In this document: positions 25,901-40,240 of the stretch, piece after piece
How the letters are laid out: every line of letters starts with the position of its first letter
How positions within the stretch are numbered: position 1 is the first letter of the stretch
Assembly (NCBI RefSeq): GCF_006345805.1
Contig: NC_043002.1
Coordinates: 100,688,001-100,752,000 of the forward strand
Length of the DNA: 64,000 nt
From: Octopus sinensis
Lineage: Eukaryota
Direction: 5' to 3'
The notes under the pieces: model-generated
Databases searched by the model: none
What the model was told of the DNA's origin: nothing
What the model saw: only the letters and a program-made list of their open reading frames with translations
Program-made: the position numbers and the translations under genes

Positions 25901-26651
25901 ACCCTTGGTACAGCTCTTCTGATTGCTCCCCCGCCCACCGCCATCTCATCAGCTTCCCTTTTTGACCTCCTGATGTTGGGTTTTAACTCAGATGCACGCA
26001 GAAGGGTGCTGATCTTCACTTGTTGCTGACTAGTTTTCATACCACTAAACAGCTACGTATTACAAACATCCCGCTTCCACTTTTACCAGTACTCTTAAGA
26101 TCTTTCTTTTCTTTCTACCTCAGTTGCACCTAGTTTACCTAACCATATCTTCCTGTTTGTATGCACAAGGACTCCCTCCCCCGAGCGTGTATGTGTGTGT
26201 ACACTTATGTCTTCTTAATACATATACTAATGTGTCAAAGTCACCCTTGTACTAATGATTATTACTATTCCCTCAAGTTATACCCTCCTCCACTTATATG
26301 TGTGTGTGCGTGTTTATACATGTATGTAAATATGTGCACACAGCTGTTGTTTAGCTCCGGGTGGTTACTCCTGACCGAGTAAACTTACAAATCGTGATGA
26401 AGATAGTTTATTTATTTAATCACAGTTTATCGACGACGATACTGTCCGAGTTACCCTTCTTTTAAGTCAATAGTATATGAGTTAGGAGATACTTAGCTGC
26501 TATTTTAAGCATATCGAGCAAGCCGCCTTATAGATTCTAATCTTACTTATGCATCTGTTCGAAACGTTACACTCTCCCCCTCTCTTGTTACACACGAATG
26601 TTTTCCACCAGTTATTATTACCAACCTAAATATAGTATAGTAGAATGTATA

Positions 26652-27045
26652 ATCCTGTCTACTATAGGCACAAGGCCTGAAATTCGTGGGGAGGGATTAA
26701 GTCGATTTCATCGACCCCGGTGTTTCACTGGTACTTAATTTATCGATCCCGAAAGGATGGAAAGCAAAGTCGACCTCGGCGGAATTTGAACTCAGAGTGT
26801 AGCGACAGGCGAGATACCTATTTCTTTACTACTCACAAGGGGTTAAACACAGAGGAGACAAACAAGGATAGACAAACGGATTAAGTCGATTATATCGATC
26901 CCAGTGCGTAACTGGTACTTATTTAGTCGACCCCGAAAGGATGAAAGGCAAAGTGGACATCGGCGGAATTTGAACTCAGAACGTAACGGCAGACGAAATG
27001 CCGCTAAGCATTTCGCCCGGCGTGCTAACGTTTGTGCCAGCTCGT
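26652..27045 (-). mobile_element. Family M tandem dimer
   Basis: Same architecture as 25505-25900. Confidence 0.85.
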
Positions 27046-27359
27046 CATAGTTGCCGAAGTTTCTTTCTATTGACGGAAGGAAGATTTTGGCTCAAAGCAG
27101 CAACGCTTAAAAATATAATTGGGGAACCTGGAATTCATTGATTGTATACAGTATGGTCCCTAAGCAACCCCAAGGTTCAAAGAGCATATTTGAAAGTAAC
27201 TAATGAAACGTGAGCTAATGACTTATAGTCTTTGAGGCGATGTGATCCCTTTTAAGACTAGAAGTAGAAATTTGAAGAACAAAACATTCGCTTCTACGAT
27301 TTACTCCTTGTGAAGCCATACTGAAGTACGACTTAAACACTTACAAAATTATAGAAGAA

Positions 27360-27758
27360 CTAGCAGTATCGCCAGGCGTTGCTCGGGTTTGTAAGGGAAA
27401 TAACTATATAAGCATTTTTAGAGAGTTATAGCCAAAAAATAGCAAAAAAATGCATTAAAAATGGAAAAAGAAATGATGGTAAATTTTTTTTTAAATCATT
27501 GACTCATCGTAGACATTTTTAGAGAGTTACTTCCCTTATATGATACCGAAAAAATGCATTAAAATGGAAAAAAATGATGGTAATTTTTTTTAAAACTCGT
27601 AGACTCATCGTAGACGCGCGCTAGTACCCAGAAGGGCTTGATATGAATCACGACTATAAGATACCCGGTTTTGGTTAAACTGCACCGCAAAATGTGGGAG
27701 TAGTTAGGAATCTAAATCGTAGGAGACAGACACACAACTTGACTTTTATATATAAAGA
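27360..27758 (-). mobile_element. Non-autonomous Helitron-type element, copy 2
   Basis: Reverse complement of 9219-9616 with the same termini and an AT target. Confidence 0.88.
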
Positions 27759-28094
27759 TATGCAAAGAAGAGAATGAAATTTTTTGAAGCATTTAAATTA
27801 CAATTTTTAAAAGAGAATACTTCTGAATATCATTGAATTATCAACTAAACTAAAACCAACCTACATATAATCTTATATTGACTCCGCTCCATGCAGCTCA
27901 ACGTTTCACATGTTCGTCTATAAATATTTATCCTGACCCCGAGTTTTAAAATACTGTCCAGCAGCATTCAAAATGTTTACGAATGAAATCTCGAATTGTT
28001 GAATGTCTTGTGGATGGGATTTGGGTACTCTGTGGCGGCACTACGCATCTCTCTCTCTCTCTCTCTCTCTCCTCTCTCTCCCTAGCTAGCTAGT

Positions 28095-28600
28095 TCAAGG
28101 CTAGTAATTTTAGGGAGGGGGCATAGTCGATTGCATCAACCTCAGTACTCATCTAGTACTTACTTTATCGACCCCTGGAGGATGAAAGAGAAAGTCGATC
28201 TCGGTGGAATTTTATATGCCCTAATATTGATTTAAAATTTTTTGGCATAAGGTCAGAAATTCGATGGAGAAAATAAGTCGATTAGATCGACCCCGATATT
28301 CAACTAATCCTTACTTTATCGAGTCGAAGGATGAACTGTAAAGTCGGCCTCAGCGGAATTTAAACTCAGAACACGAAGATTGACGAAATGCTACTAAGCA
28401 TTTTGCCTAGCATGCTAACGATTCTGCCAACTCACTCAAATATTCTTTTCTGCACTAGGCTCAAGGCCCGAAATTTTGCGGGAGGGGGCAAGTCGATTAG
28501 ATCGACCCCACTATGCAACTGGTACTTAATTTATCGAACTCGAAAAGATGAAGGGCAAAGTCGACTTCAGCGTGCTAAAGTTTCTGCCAGCTCACCGCCT
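28095..28600 (-). mobile_element. Family M cluster of three diverged units
   Basis: Repeated gtcgatt..atcgacccc..ggtactta..tttatcgac blocks. Confidence 0.7.
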
Positions 28601-29570
28601 TAACTCACTCAAATATTGGGACATAAAAGTTGCTCTAGCATTAGTATGGGGTTTCCTAAATACTTAGATCACATTTTAAAAACCTGTGGGGCATGTAGGC
28701 GCAATAATGGTAATTAAAAAAAAAACCCTTTGTGGAGAACTGCCCGAGTAAGTCGATTATATTGTCTTAAATGTGAAAGTAAATTATGTGTATCTAGAAT
28801 AATGCAGTCTGACTACATTGTGCCTTAAATAAAGATAGAGTGATAAATGTTTGAACATCTTTTAAATGTTTGTTTGCTCAGCCAGCACTGGCCTAGGGCT
28901 AAACATCAGCAACAACAACAACTTTGGTTCCAAAACATAAACATAAGATAATTAATCATAGCGAATTTCCCGTCTTTGCTCCCCGCTATTCGGCTACAAA
29001 TGAACATCTAAAATAACTATACCACTGCGAACTTAACAGATGTTTGGTCAAGCTTCAATCAAAATAACGAATAGTCAACAGGGTAGCCTATACGTTGTCG
29101 CTTCAACCAAAGAGAAACAACAGCTAAAATGTCCTACAAATCATACACGACCAGATTAAGTAAACGTAACCTCAAGTAACGAGAACGTAAAGGATGTAAT
29201 GCGGGTTGTAAAGCGGTGAAAGACAAAGTTTATACACAAACACACGCACGAAGGGCTTCTAGGCACTTTCCATCTACTAAATTCACTCACAAGATATTGG
29301 TTGACATATTAAAAAGCACCATTTTTCGAACTTAGCCCCCCTGTAGAGTAGGAGTGAACCCGAAATAACATGGCTACAAGGCGGACATTTTAACCATTCA
29401 GCCGCACACACATTTGTCTTGTCTTGCTTCAGTAATTAGACTGCGGCAATGCTGGAGTAGCGCTTTCAAAAGTTTTTGTCGTACGAATCGACCGCAGAAC
29501 TATTATCTTTAAGCCCTGGTACTTAATCTATTGGTGTCATATATATGTATATATATATATATATAATATA

Positions 29571-29619
<49 letters not shown>

Positions 29620-29739
29620 CATTATCTTAATAACTTAGACAATCTCCTTATGGTCGCTGAGATGTCTTGACCCTTATTTCTAGAAATACTGGTGCTGATT
29701 AGCGCACTTGTTCACGTTAGTGACACATATATTTTAGCC

Positions 29740-30210
29740 TATGTATATATATGTGTGTATATATATGTAAATGTATATATGTATTTATATAGGTATGTGT
29801 ATATATGTATATATATATGTGTATATATATGTAAATATATATATATGTAAATGTATATATGTATATATATGTGTATATATACATGTAAATGTATGTATAT
29901 ATGCGTGTATATATATGTAAATGTGTATATGTATATATATTTGTGTATATATATATATATAAATGTATATATATATGCGTGTATATATATGTAAATGTAT
30001 ATATGTATATATATTTGTGTATATATATATATATGTGTATATATATGTAAATGTATATATGTATATATATTTGTGTATATATATATATATATATACATGT
30101 AAATGTATGTATATATGCGTGTATATATATGTAAATGTGTATATGTATATATATTTGTGTATATATATATATAAATGTATGTATATATGTGTGTATATAT
30201 ATGTATATAC
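29740..30210. repeat. TA-derived minisatellite (tatatatgtaaatgtatatatg units)
   Basis: Directly visible; similar tract at 31720-32165. Confidence 0.9.
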
Positions 30211-30284
30211 ACGGATTTAAAAGGCTCGGATTTCCTTTTAAAACATTTACATATATATACACATGTATATATATGTAAATGTAT

Positions 30285-31110
30285 TAAAAGGAAATCCGAG
30301 CCTTGAAGTAGGTTGGGACGCCCAAACTGTGGAACCTGCCCCAACTTACTTTTCAAACAAGAACAGAGGTTCACAATAAAAACTAGTTTCACTTGTGCCC
30401 CTGAGAACCTAATTTATGTAATAACCCACTCGGGTTGCGGACACAACTATATTGGACAGACGAGTATGACTTTGAGAAAGAAAACCACTCTAATAAAGAG
30501 CAAATCCGTTTCCCGCAAGAGAGACAAATCCCTCTCAGTGAACATATAGAAAAACGTGCAGATAACATCAAACCAAATTTCACAGTCTTCCCCTTCTACC
30601 AGTGCAAAGACACAATCTCTTCACAAGAACGTTTAAATAAAGAAACTTTTTTCTTTGAAAAATACAGAAGATATCCTAATATGCACACATAACCAACTTT
30701 TATCTTTTTTAATATTTCAATTCACGATTACATCACTGTACATAAATCTCCGTACTAAACACGTTTTTCGAAACATTTTTTTGTCTGTACATATATATTC
30801 CCCTCCCCTTACCGAAAGCTGAACAGTTATCTCCCTTACTCACAACAGTAATAACGATAACCAATTACCTCCCCTTATTTTTCTACTTGCGAAGTCATTC
30901 ACTAGTAAATATCGTCACACGCATGGACAAAATTTCTTCTTACGAAAATACATATTCAAATAAGTAAACCGTAATATTATGACTAGCAAAAGCGAAACCG
31001 GTCGATATATTAAAAATCATAGTAAAACTATATAAAGTGTGTATATTTTCTTTTTTTAATTTCTTATATATATTACAACTCATGACGTGGGGATAATCGA
31101 ATTCCTACTC
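30285..31110 (+). mobile_element. Penelope-like element 3' fragment: GIY-YIG endonuclease plus 3' UTR/pLTR
   Basis: RPNCGTC...[26 protein letters not shown]...LR...(frameshift)KEQIR...LSEH...RLNKETFF; degenerate hammerhead (GAAACCGGTC) at about 30973-31010. Confidence 0.88.
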
Positions 31111-31132
31111 TCTGTTACTACTGTATGTAGAT

Positions 31133-31187
<55 letters not shown>

Positions 31188-31323
31188 CATGTATATATAT
31201 ATATGCGTGTATATATATATATAAAGTTAATCCAAACATGAAAGCACAAAAAAACACAACAACGCGAGGATGTGGAACAAATATAGTATTATTGGACGCT
31301 CAGGAAATAAGGAGTGCAGGAGG

Positions 31324-31358
31324 GTTTAACGTTTCGAGCGGAGCTCTTCGTCGGAAAC
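31324..31358 (-). ncRNA. Minimal hammerhead variant in a Penelope-like terminal fragment (31222-31719)
   Basis: GUUU-CCGACGA-a-GAGC-ucc-GCUC-GAAA-CG-UU^AAAC; 21-bp direct repeat gttaatccaaacatgaaagca at 31226 and 31699. Confidence 0.6.
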
Positions 31359-32164
31359 ATAGAAAGAAAGATCCAGAGAAGGGAAGACAGAGGAGAAAAA
31401 TCGCTAACGGTACACACGCGGTCACATTTTGAATCAGGCATGTTGAGAAGTAGTGAATGTCTGTGTAGGTGTAAGTGGTGGCGACACAAGTGGAAAAGTG
31501 GAAGTAGAAGAAGAAAGGTAAAAGAGGACGAGGAAAAAGTGGAAGAGTCACGGATAAATGTTTTTGATTTCCAATCACGATTACAGCGGCGTACTCCGGA
31601 AGAATGGTAACAGTAATCCGTAGGGGTAAAAATCCAGGAATTGGTTATCCAAGGCACTCAGGTTATCCTAGGGTCCGTATGAGCGTGCGGTATATAACGT
31701 TAATCCAAACATGAAAGCATGTATATGTATATATATGTACATGTATATATGTTTATATATATGTATATAAGTGTATATATATATTTACATGAATATAAGT
31801 GTATATATGTACATGTATATATGTGTATATATATGTATTTGTATATATGTGCATGTATATGTAAATGTATATATGTATATATATGTGCATATATAAGTAA
31901 ATGTAAATATGTATATATGTGTATATATGTGTAAATGTGTAAATTTATATATGTATATATATATATATATATGTAAATGCATATATATGTAAATGTATAT
32001 ATACATGTGTATATATGCAAATGTATGTAAATGTATATATATGTGTATTCATACGTCCATATATGTAAATGTATGTATGTGTGTGTATATGTGTGTATAT
32101 ATCTAAATGTACATATATATATATATATGTGTGCGTGTATATATATATGTATATATATATACAT

Positions 32165-32490
32165 ATAGGAGGGGCTGTGTTGTTAGTAGCTTGCTTTCCA
32201 ACTACATGGTTCCGGTTTCAGTCCCACTGCGTGGCACCTTGAGCAATTGTCTTCTACTATAGCCCCGGGCCGACGTATTTGGTTTAGGTAGGCGGAAACT
32301 GAAAGAAGCCCGCCGTATATATATATATATATATATGTATGTTTTGGTGTCCGTGTCTCCCCATCATCGCTTGTCAACCGGTGTTGGTGCGTTTACGTCC
32401 CTGTAAAATTAGCGGTTCGGCAAATGTGACCGATAGAATAAATACTAGGCTTACAAAGAATAAGTCCTGGGGGTGATTCACTCGACTAAA
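32165..32490 (+). mobile_element. SINE family T, 3'-incomplete
   Basis: Head and body present, terminal tail missing. Confidence 0.8.
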
Positions 32491-33045
32491 ACAAAATGCC
32501 GTTTCACTGAAGATTCTTGATTATTAGTAAAAATTAGAAACACCCTGTCCTCACATTGCATTTTATATTTTTTTTTAAATTACAATTTCGGGTTTGTCGC
32601 CCATAACCTTCAAGACTGGAATTAGTTTAAATAGCGATTGTTCTCATTAGTAAAGGTTTGATTTTGCATATTTTCCCTTCTTTTTTCTTTTATTAAATCT
32701 GAAATTTCAGTTTCTAATTATTATGCGTATATATGACTTTATGAGTGTATGAAGTACAATATTAATAAAAGACAAATATTAACTGATTGATCATTCGGTA
32801 CATTTCAGTAGATTATAAATTTATTCTGAGCAAAAATAATTGACTGTAACTCAGAAGTTTCTCCATAGATTTTTGAAGAGTCAGTATACGCACAGACTAA
32901 AGTGTGTGTGTGTGTGTGTGTGTGTATGTATTTTTGTATATGTGAGTGTGTGTGTATGCATGTTTGTGTATGTTTGTATAAGCATGTTTGTGTGTATGTA
33001 TGTTTGTGTTTGTATGTACATGTGTGTATGGATGTTCGTGTATGT

Positions 33046-33134
33046 ATATGTAATAATCTACTCGGGTTGCGGACACAACTATATTGGACTGACGAGTATG
33101 ACTTTGAGAAAGAAAACCACTCTCATAAAGAGCA
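33046..33134 (+). repeat. Short local duplicate of the GIY-YIG segment at 30415-30502
   Basis: Nearly identical tatgtaataa..ctcgggttgcggacacaactatattggac...ataaagagca inside an (ATGT/GT)n tract. Confidence 0.85.
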
Positions 33135-33307
33135 GTGCATGTATGTACATGCATGTATGTATGTATGTATGTATGTATCAAGAATTGTTTTCACTCGCGA
33201 TTAGGTACAAAAGATATTTTCTTTCTACGTGCGATAACTTCGATGAGTTCAATAAACATTTGTGAGGTGGATATGTTGAGAAATTTATTTATAGAGTTTA
33301 TTTATAT

Positions 33308-33715
33308 AGGCGTAGGAGTGGCTGTGAGGTAAGTGGTAAGTGGTTCTGGGTTCATTCCCCCTGCGTGGCACCTTGGGCAGGTGTCTTCTACTATAGTCTC
33401 GGGCCGACCAAAGCTTTGTGAGTGGATTTGGTAGACGGAAACTGAAAGAAGCCCGGTGTATATATGTATATGTGCATATATATGTATATGTGCGTATATG
33501 TTTGTGTGTCTGTGTATGTCCCCCCAACATCGCTTGACAACCGATGCTGGTGTGTTTAAGTCCCCGTAACTTAGCGGTTCGGCGAAAGAGACCGATATAA
33601 TAAGTACCAGGCTTCAAAAGAATAAGTCCTGGTGTCGATTTGCTCGACTAAACAAGGCGCTGCTCCAGCATGGCCACAGTCAAATGACCGAAACAAGTAA
33701 AATAGTAAAAGAGTA
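33308..33715 (+). mobile_element. SINE family T: tRNA head, internal (TA/TG)n, LINE-like tail
   Basis: ggcgtaggagtggctgtg...ccttgggcaggtgtcttc...(TA/TG)n...ccagcatggccacagtcaaatgaccgaaacaagtaaaa. Confidence 0.88.
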
Positions 33716-34358
33716 TATGTATAGACAAGCAATATACACTCACTTAAACGCAACACTGTCTGTCGGTCTCTCTATATATACACTTGCACAGGAACATATA
33801 CAGTAAACACAAGAAAAATAAAACTTTCCTACCGAGCACCTGCGAGGGTATCCGGTGGTTAGGTGACGTGATGGTGAAGTGACAAATGCAACGAACTGAT
33901 AGTTCGATATGGTTCACAGAAATGAAATAAGAATATTTTTTTCTTATGTCAGGGAGTGTACGGAAGTGAAACACTAACGAAAGGTCAGGTAAGGAAGAGA
34001 GTTAGATCAGTGGTTATGGCAAATGTACCTAATTAGGGAACTCTATGAGTATTATGAAAATGAATACAAATATTTGTTTTTCTCACGCACTACTGTAGTA
34101 CATAACACTTTGGTGTCTTGACCTTTTCTGTCTGATCAGAAATATCCTGCAATGGGTGATCATATATGTTGACTTTGTGGACGAATGATTGAAAGTGGGT
34201 TGGTGAAATGAAGTTATACACACACACACAGATGTTTAGAGATGTGGGTTCGTGTTCCATAAGCAGCCTTCAACTTTTTCAGTCCAAAAGGGTTTTTAAC
34301 CCAATACATACATGGTATTATTCATAGTTTTATCTACTCAGTTCCACCAACAAAAACG

Positions 34359-34406
<48 letters not shown>

Positions 34407-34805
34407 ACACACACACACACACACTCTCTCTCTCTCTCATTTCTAATCGAACAACTAAAGTAACTCAAATAGCCGTGGCTAGGATTTGAACGTAGTATGC
34501 GGATTATATTCATTTGGTTTTATTTCTATCTACGTAGTATATATTTCGTTACTTCATTGCTTTTAAGGCTTTGACTTGGCCGAATCGATGCTGCGCCGAA
34601 TAGAATGCCAGTCTCAGCGTACTGTATGTATGTATGTATGTATGTATGTATGTATGTATGTATGTATGTATGTATGTATGTATGTATGTATGTATGTATG
34701 TATGTATGTATGTATGTATGTATGTATGTATGTATGTATGCATGCACGTACGTACCCCGAGGTCAACTTTATCGTTCATTCTTTCAGAATCGATAAAAAC
34801 ATACC

Positions 34806-35038
34806 TATTTCTTTATTACCCACAAGGGGCTAAACATAGAGGGGACAAACAAGGACAGACATAGGTATTAAGTCGATTATATCGACCCCAGTGCGTAACT
34901 GGTGCTTAATTTATCGACCCCAAAAGGATGAAAGGCAAAGTCGACCTCGGCGGAATTTGAACTCACAACGTTACGGCAGACGAAATACTGCAAAGCACTT
35001 CGCCCGGCGTGCTAACGCTTCTGCAAGCTCGCCGCCTT
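34806..35038 (-). mobile_element. Family M monomer, tail A
   Basis: 13-bp TSD ataaaaacatacc at 34793 and 35039. Confidence 0.9.
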
Positions 35039-36676
35039 ATAAAAACATACCACTTACCTTTCCAGGGCGGTGGATTAGCAGAAATGTAAGAAAATTGGAC
35101 TTGGTGATTTGCTGTATTTGTTCCGGCTCCCTGCATTCTTTGTTAAATTCTGACAAGCTACGCTCCCTCGTCAAACCGCACTTCTAGCATAGCAAGTAAG
35201 GTAAATTCTCGAGACAAATGCCAAATGTTAAATAGATAGTACTGAGTAGAGTTTACGTTGGAGTTCCTCCTATTGGGACTACATGTACCCTGGTGAATGA
35301 ATGACATAATGAACGTTTATCTTTTATGATGTATGCAACCATAAGATCTCACCTAATAAGGCCTCTGGAAGGCGCTCAAGGGCCAATATGTTTAGTTTTT
35401 TTTCCGTTGGTTACTATTTTATTGAGAAATCGAAAAAAAAAGTGTGGCGCAAGTAGTCGGTTCACGGTTTTGCGATCTATCTTCATTTTCCGATTATGCT
35501 TAGTTTTGGTTCTACTTTTGTCTATAAGCGCGTTGAATACAAAATAAACACCCCCACCAACCTCTCCGGTTTCTAAACAAGAAGTAAAAAAAGTGCTCGA
35601 ATAAAATAGTTTTCGAAACAAATGCGCATCATTTCGTTTGAAAAGCGTCAATTATATTTACACATATTGTATTATATCCTCACATTTCTCTTCATGCAGT
35701 GGAGTATTTGATTAATGTATGCCTAGCTGCCTCTAACAGATTTTACCATTAGTGACCGTTGCTTCTATGAGACCATTCTCTTTGCTGGTAGTCAAAATCT
35801 CCCTTAACTCACACATTATTGTTTTTTAAGGACAATGACATTGGATTATGCAGAGCTAGATACAATGGCAGATGGGAAAAATGACGGCGTTTCATATTTG
35901 GATGAGGCTTGACACTCAGCAAAACACTTAACCCATGGACATGTTTTGCTGAGACCATATTCGTTTAAGTTTTCGAACCAAGTTTTTCATTCAGCAGATT
36001 ACAGAAACCCAGAAAAGATTCATGGGCCCTGGGCCTTATACTTCTTCCTTTGAGTAAGTAATAAAAATATACATATTCGGACAAGGTAAGGCTTCCCCGG
36101 TTAAAAATGAACATGCATTTGCATATTCATGTGCAGGCCTGGGTAAGATTTTCTTGAATAAGACTGGAAGATCTCCATGCATGCAAGTCTCCTTTCTTCA
36201 TGCTGCTGATGTTTAATCAGAGGAAGGGCCGCTGACTTGGATCCATAAAACTTGGCACCTTCGTTGTCTCAGGTTGCTGTCAGAACGCAAAGAGCCGGAA
36301 GAGATATCGCTAGACATCTCCCCACCTCGATCTAACAATTCCTTGAAATCTACCAATCTGGAATGGACCATTTTCTTTTCATCGACCTCAAACTATGACA
36401 AAATTGACTTCGGTGGGATTTGAACCCAGCAGCCAGAGATTCGGGACTAGTATTGCAAAGCAATCTACACAGTACTCTACCAACTATCTTAATTCACCGC
36501 CTCATGCAAAAGAAAACGGTTAAGAGCCCAACATTATATGTTAATTCATTTTAATCATTTGTAAGTGATAAAACGTTTCAACAGAGTATTTACAAATGAT
36601 TGAAGGTTATTCTGATGCTACGACAAAGAGTCTCCTGTGAAAGAAAAACACTGAAATAAATTATCCTGCAAAGTAT

Positions 36677-37393
36677 ATTCTTTTCTACTCAAGGCACGTG
36701 GCCCGAAATTTTAGAGGAAGGGGGCCAGTGGATTTGATCAACTTCAGTACGCAACTGGTTCTTAATTTATCGGCTCGGAAAGGATGAAAGGCAAAGTCGA
36801 CCACTATGAATTTCGCTCGACGTGCTAACGTTTCTTATTTCTTTATTGCCCACAAGGGGCTAAACATAGAGGGGATAAACAAGGACAGACAAAGGGATTA
36901 AGTCGATTACGTCGACTCCAGTGCGTAACTGGTACTTAATTTATCGACCCCAAAAGGGTGAAAGGCAAAGTCGACCTCAGCGGAATTTGAAATCAGAATG
37001 TAACGGAAGACGAAATACCTATTTCTTTACTACTAACAAGGCCGGCAAACGGATTAAGTCGATTACATCGATCCCAGTGCGTAACTAGTACTTATTTAAT
37101 CGACCCCGAAAGGATGATAGGCAAAGCCGAACTCGGCGGAATTTGCACTCAGAGCGTAGCGGCAAACGAAATACCTATTTCTTTATTACCCGCAAGAGGG
37201 GACAAACAAGGGCAGAAATAGGTATTAAGTCGATTATATCGACCCCAGTGCGTAACTGGTACTTAATTTATCGACCCCGAAAGGATGAAAGGCAAAGTCG
37301 ACCTCGGCGGAATTTGAACTCAGAACGTAACGACAGACGAAATACCGCTAAGCATTTCGCCCGGCGTGCTAACGTTTCTGCCAGCTCGCCGTC
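36677..37393 (-). mobile_element. Family M four-unit stack
   Basis: Four Meta-like domains in the same orientation, joined through tail A ends. Confidence 0.85.
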
Positions 37394-37945
37394 TTATCCT
37401 GCATACTATATTAGATATGAAAGAATTATCATCTGTCTGTTTAATTTTCCATAATCTTTACTTGTTCCTGTCATTAGACTACATCCATGCTGGGACCCAA
37501 CCCTGAAGGGTTTAGTCGAACAAATCAAACCCAGTACTTTTTAAGTCGGATAATCATTCTGTCGTTCCCTTTTGCCAAACCGCTTGCTTACGGGGATGTA
37601 AAGGAAAGAATACTGGTTGTGAAGTGGGAGGGGATAACCCCCGCCCCCCTCACTCTCTTTCTCATACAATAATTTCCACACAGATTCCGTCTTTCAAATT
37701 TACTCTTACGATGCATTGGTCAGCGCGTGATGACGTTAAAAAGCGAAAAAGGATTGAACCTGAAATCACGTGGTTGTGAAGCGAACTTCTCGACACGCAC
37801 AGACACACACAAACACACACACACGTGTGGATCATGTAATCTTTATATACTTAATTTGATGTTTCTTTTTTTTATATTTCAACTAAAAAACAATCTCGTA
37901 TCTATGTATGTGTGTATATATGTATTTTTATGCCGAGTTAAAGCA

Positions 37946-37949
<4 letters not shown>

Positions 37950-37978
<29 letters not shown>

Positions 37979-38100
37979 TTTATGTATGTATGTGTGTGTG
38001 TATGTATGTATGTATGTATGTATGTAAGTATTTATGTATGTATGTGTGTATGTATATTTGTATGTATGTATATATGTATGTATGTATGTATGTGTGTATG

Positions 38101-38134
<34 letters not shown>

Positions 38135-38303
38135 TGTATGAATGTATGTATGTATGTAGGCATGTATGTATGTAGGTATGTATGTATGTACGTATGTATG
38201 TATGTATGTATGTATGTATGTAGTATGTATGTATGTATGTATGTATGCATATATGTATGTATGTATGCATGTATGTGTGTATGTATGTGTGTATGTATGT
38301 ATG

Positions 38304-38337
<34 letters not shown>

Positions 38338-38634
38338 TGTATGTATGTATGTGTGTATGTATGTATGTATGTGTGTATGTATGTATGTATGTATGTATGT
38401 ATGTATGAATGTATGTATGTATACATGTATGTATGTATGTGTGTGTGTATGTATGTATGTATGTATGTATGTATGTATGTATGTGTATGTGTGTATGTAT
38501 GTATGTATGGTATGTATGTATGTACGTGTGTATGTATGTATGTATGTATGTATATATGTATGTATGTATGTATGTATGTGTGTATGTATATATGTATGTA
38601 TATATGTATGTATGTATGTATATATGTATGTATG

Positions 38635-38667
<33 letters not shown>

Positions 38668-38695
38668 GTGTATGTATGTATGTATGTATGTATAT
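37950..38695. repeat. (ATGT)n microsatellite
   Basis: Directly visible; source of the spurious MYVC ORFs. Confidence 0.97.
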
Positions 38696-38967
38696 TTGAT
38701 TTCCATCAATATACTTTACTGTTAATCTATCTCAATCCATCCATCTGGCTTTCCCAACCCACCCACCCACCCCCTCTTATATCGCCCACTCTGTTTTCCC
38801 AAATTCCCAACACTTATAAAATGGATCATATCCGATAACAAAGTCTCTATATTCCCCCCCCCCACCAAATGGTATATTTTTTTAACAGGGATGTCCTCAA
38901 CATACCAGCATGCGTTCCCTTTAATATCAACCCTATCTTCACCTCTACATCCAGTGTTTTCTTGTCC

Positions 38968-39078
<111 letters not shown>

Positions 39079-39406
39079 GCTGTCTCTTTGACTCTCTTTC
39101 ACTTTCTTCGTCCATATATATAGCCGTACACTCCCACCTCGCCCACACCACTTCCTCTCAAACTTTCCCTGTCGTGTTTAGTTCATGTTTTTATCTTAAC
39201 TTCTGTTTACACTTTTTAAAAAACCTTGTTAGTCTTGTAATATCCGGGTAGCATTGAGTACATATTAGGTGATCACTACCAAGTGAAACATCTCTCTCCC
39301 CGCCTCTCTCTCAAACATACACACATCCATATGGATACATACATATATATATAATATATATATATATATATTCGCTTATAATCCATTCGTACACGCACTA
39401 TACCAA

Positions 39407-39465
<59 letters not shown>

Positions 39466-39536
39466 CTCTATCTATCTATCTATCTATCTATCGTCCTATC
39501 TGTCTCTCTGTCTGTGTCTGTCCCTGTCTGTCTATC

Positions 39537-39601
<65 letters not shown>

Positions 39602-39722
39602 GTCTATCTGTCTATCTGTCTATCTGTCTGTCTGTCCGTCTATCTATCAGTCTATCTGTCTGTCTCTCTGTCTGTCTATCTGTCTATCTATCAGTCTGTC
39701 TATCTATCTGTCTGTCTCTCTG

Positions 39723-39811
<89 letters not shown>

Positions 39812-39844
39812 ATATATATATATATATATATATGTACAGATACT

Positions 39845-40240
39845 CTTTTACTCTTTTACTTGCTTCAGTCATTTGACTGCGGCCATGCTGGAGCACCGCC
39901 TTTAGTCGAGCAAATCGACCCCAAAGCTTATTCTTTGTAAGCCTAGTACTTGTTCTATCGGTCTCTTTTGCCGAACCGCTAAGTTACGGGGACGTAAACA
40001 CACCAGCATCGGTTGTCAAGCGATGTTGGGGAGACAAACACACACACATACACATACATATACATATACATATATACGACGGGCTTCTTTCAGTTTCCGT
40101 CTACCAAATTTACTCACAAGGCTTTGGTCGGCCCGGGGCTATAGTAGAAGACACTTGCCTAAGGTGCCAAGCAGTGGGACTGAACCCGGAACCATGTGGT
40201 CGGTAAGCAAGCTACTTACTACACAACCACTCCTGCGCCT
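39845..40240 (-). mobile_element. SINE family T, full length
   Basis: Reverse complement of the 33308 and 62167 copies. Confidence 0.9.

Noticed and set aside
36677-37393. Regularly spaced repeats resembling a CRISPR array
   Set aside because: Eukaryotic SINE units with homologous rather than unique spacers; no cas genes
37727-38838. 332-aa ORF and overlapping MYVC-repeat ORFs
   Set aside because: Read-through of (ATGT)n; no coding complexity
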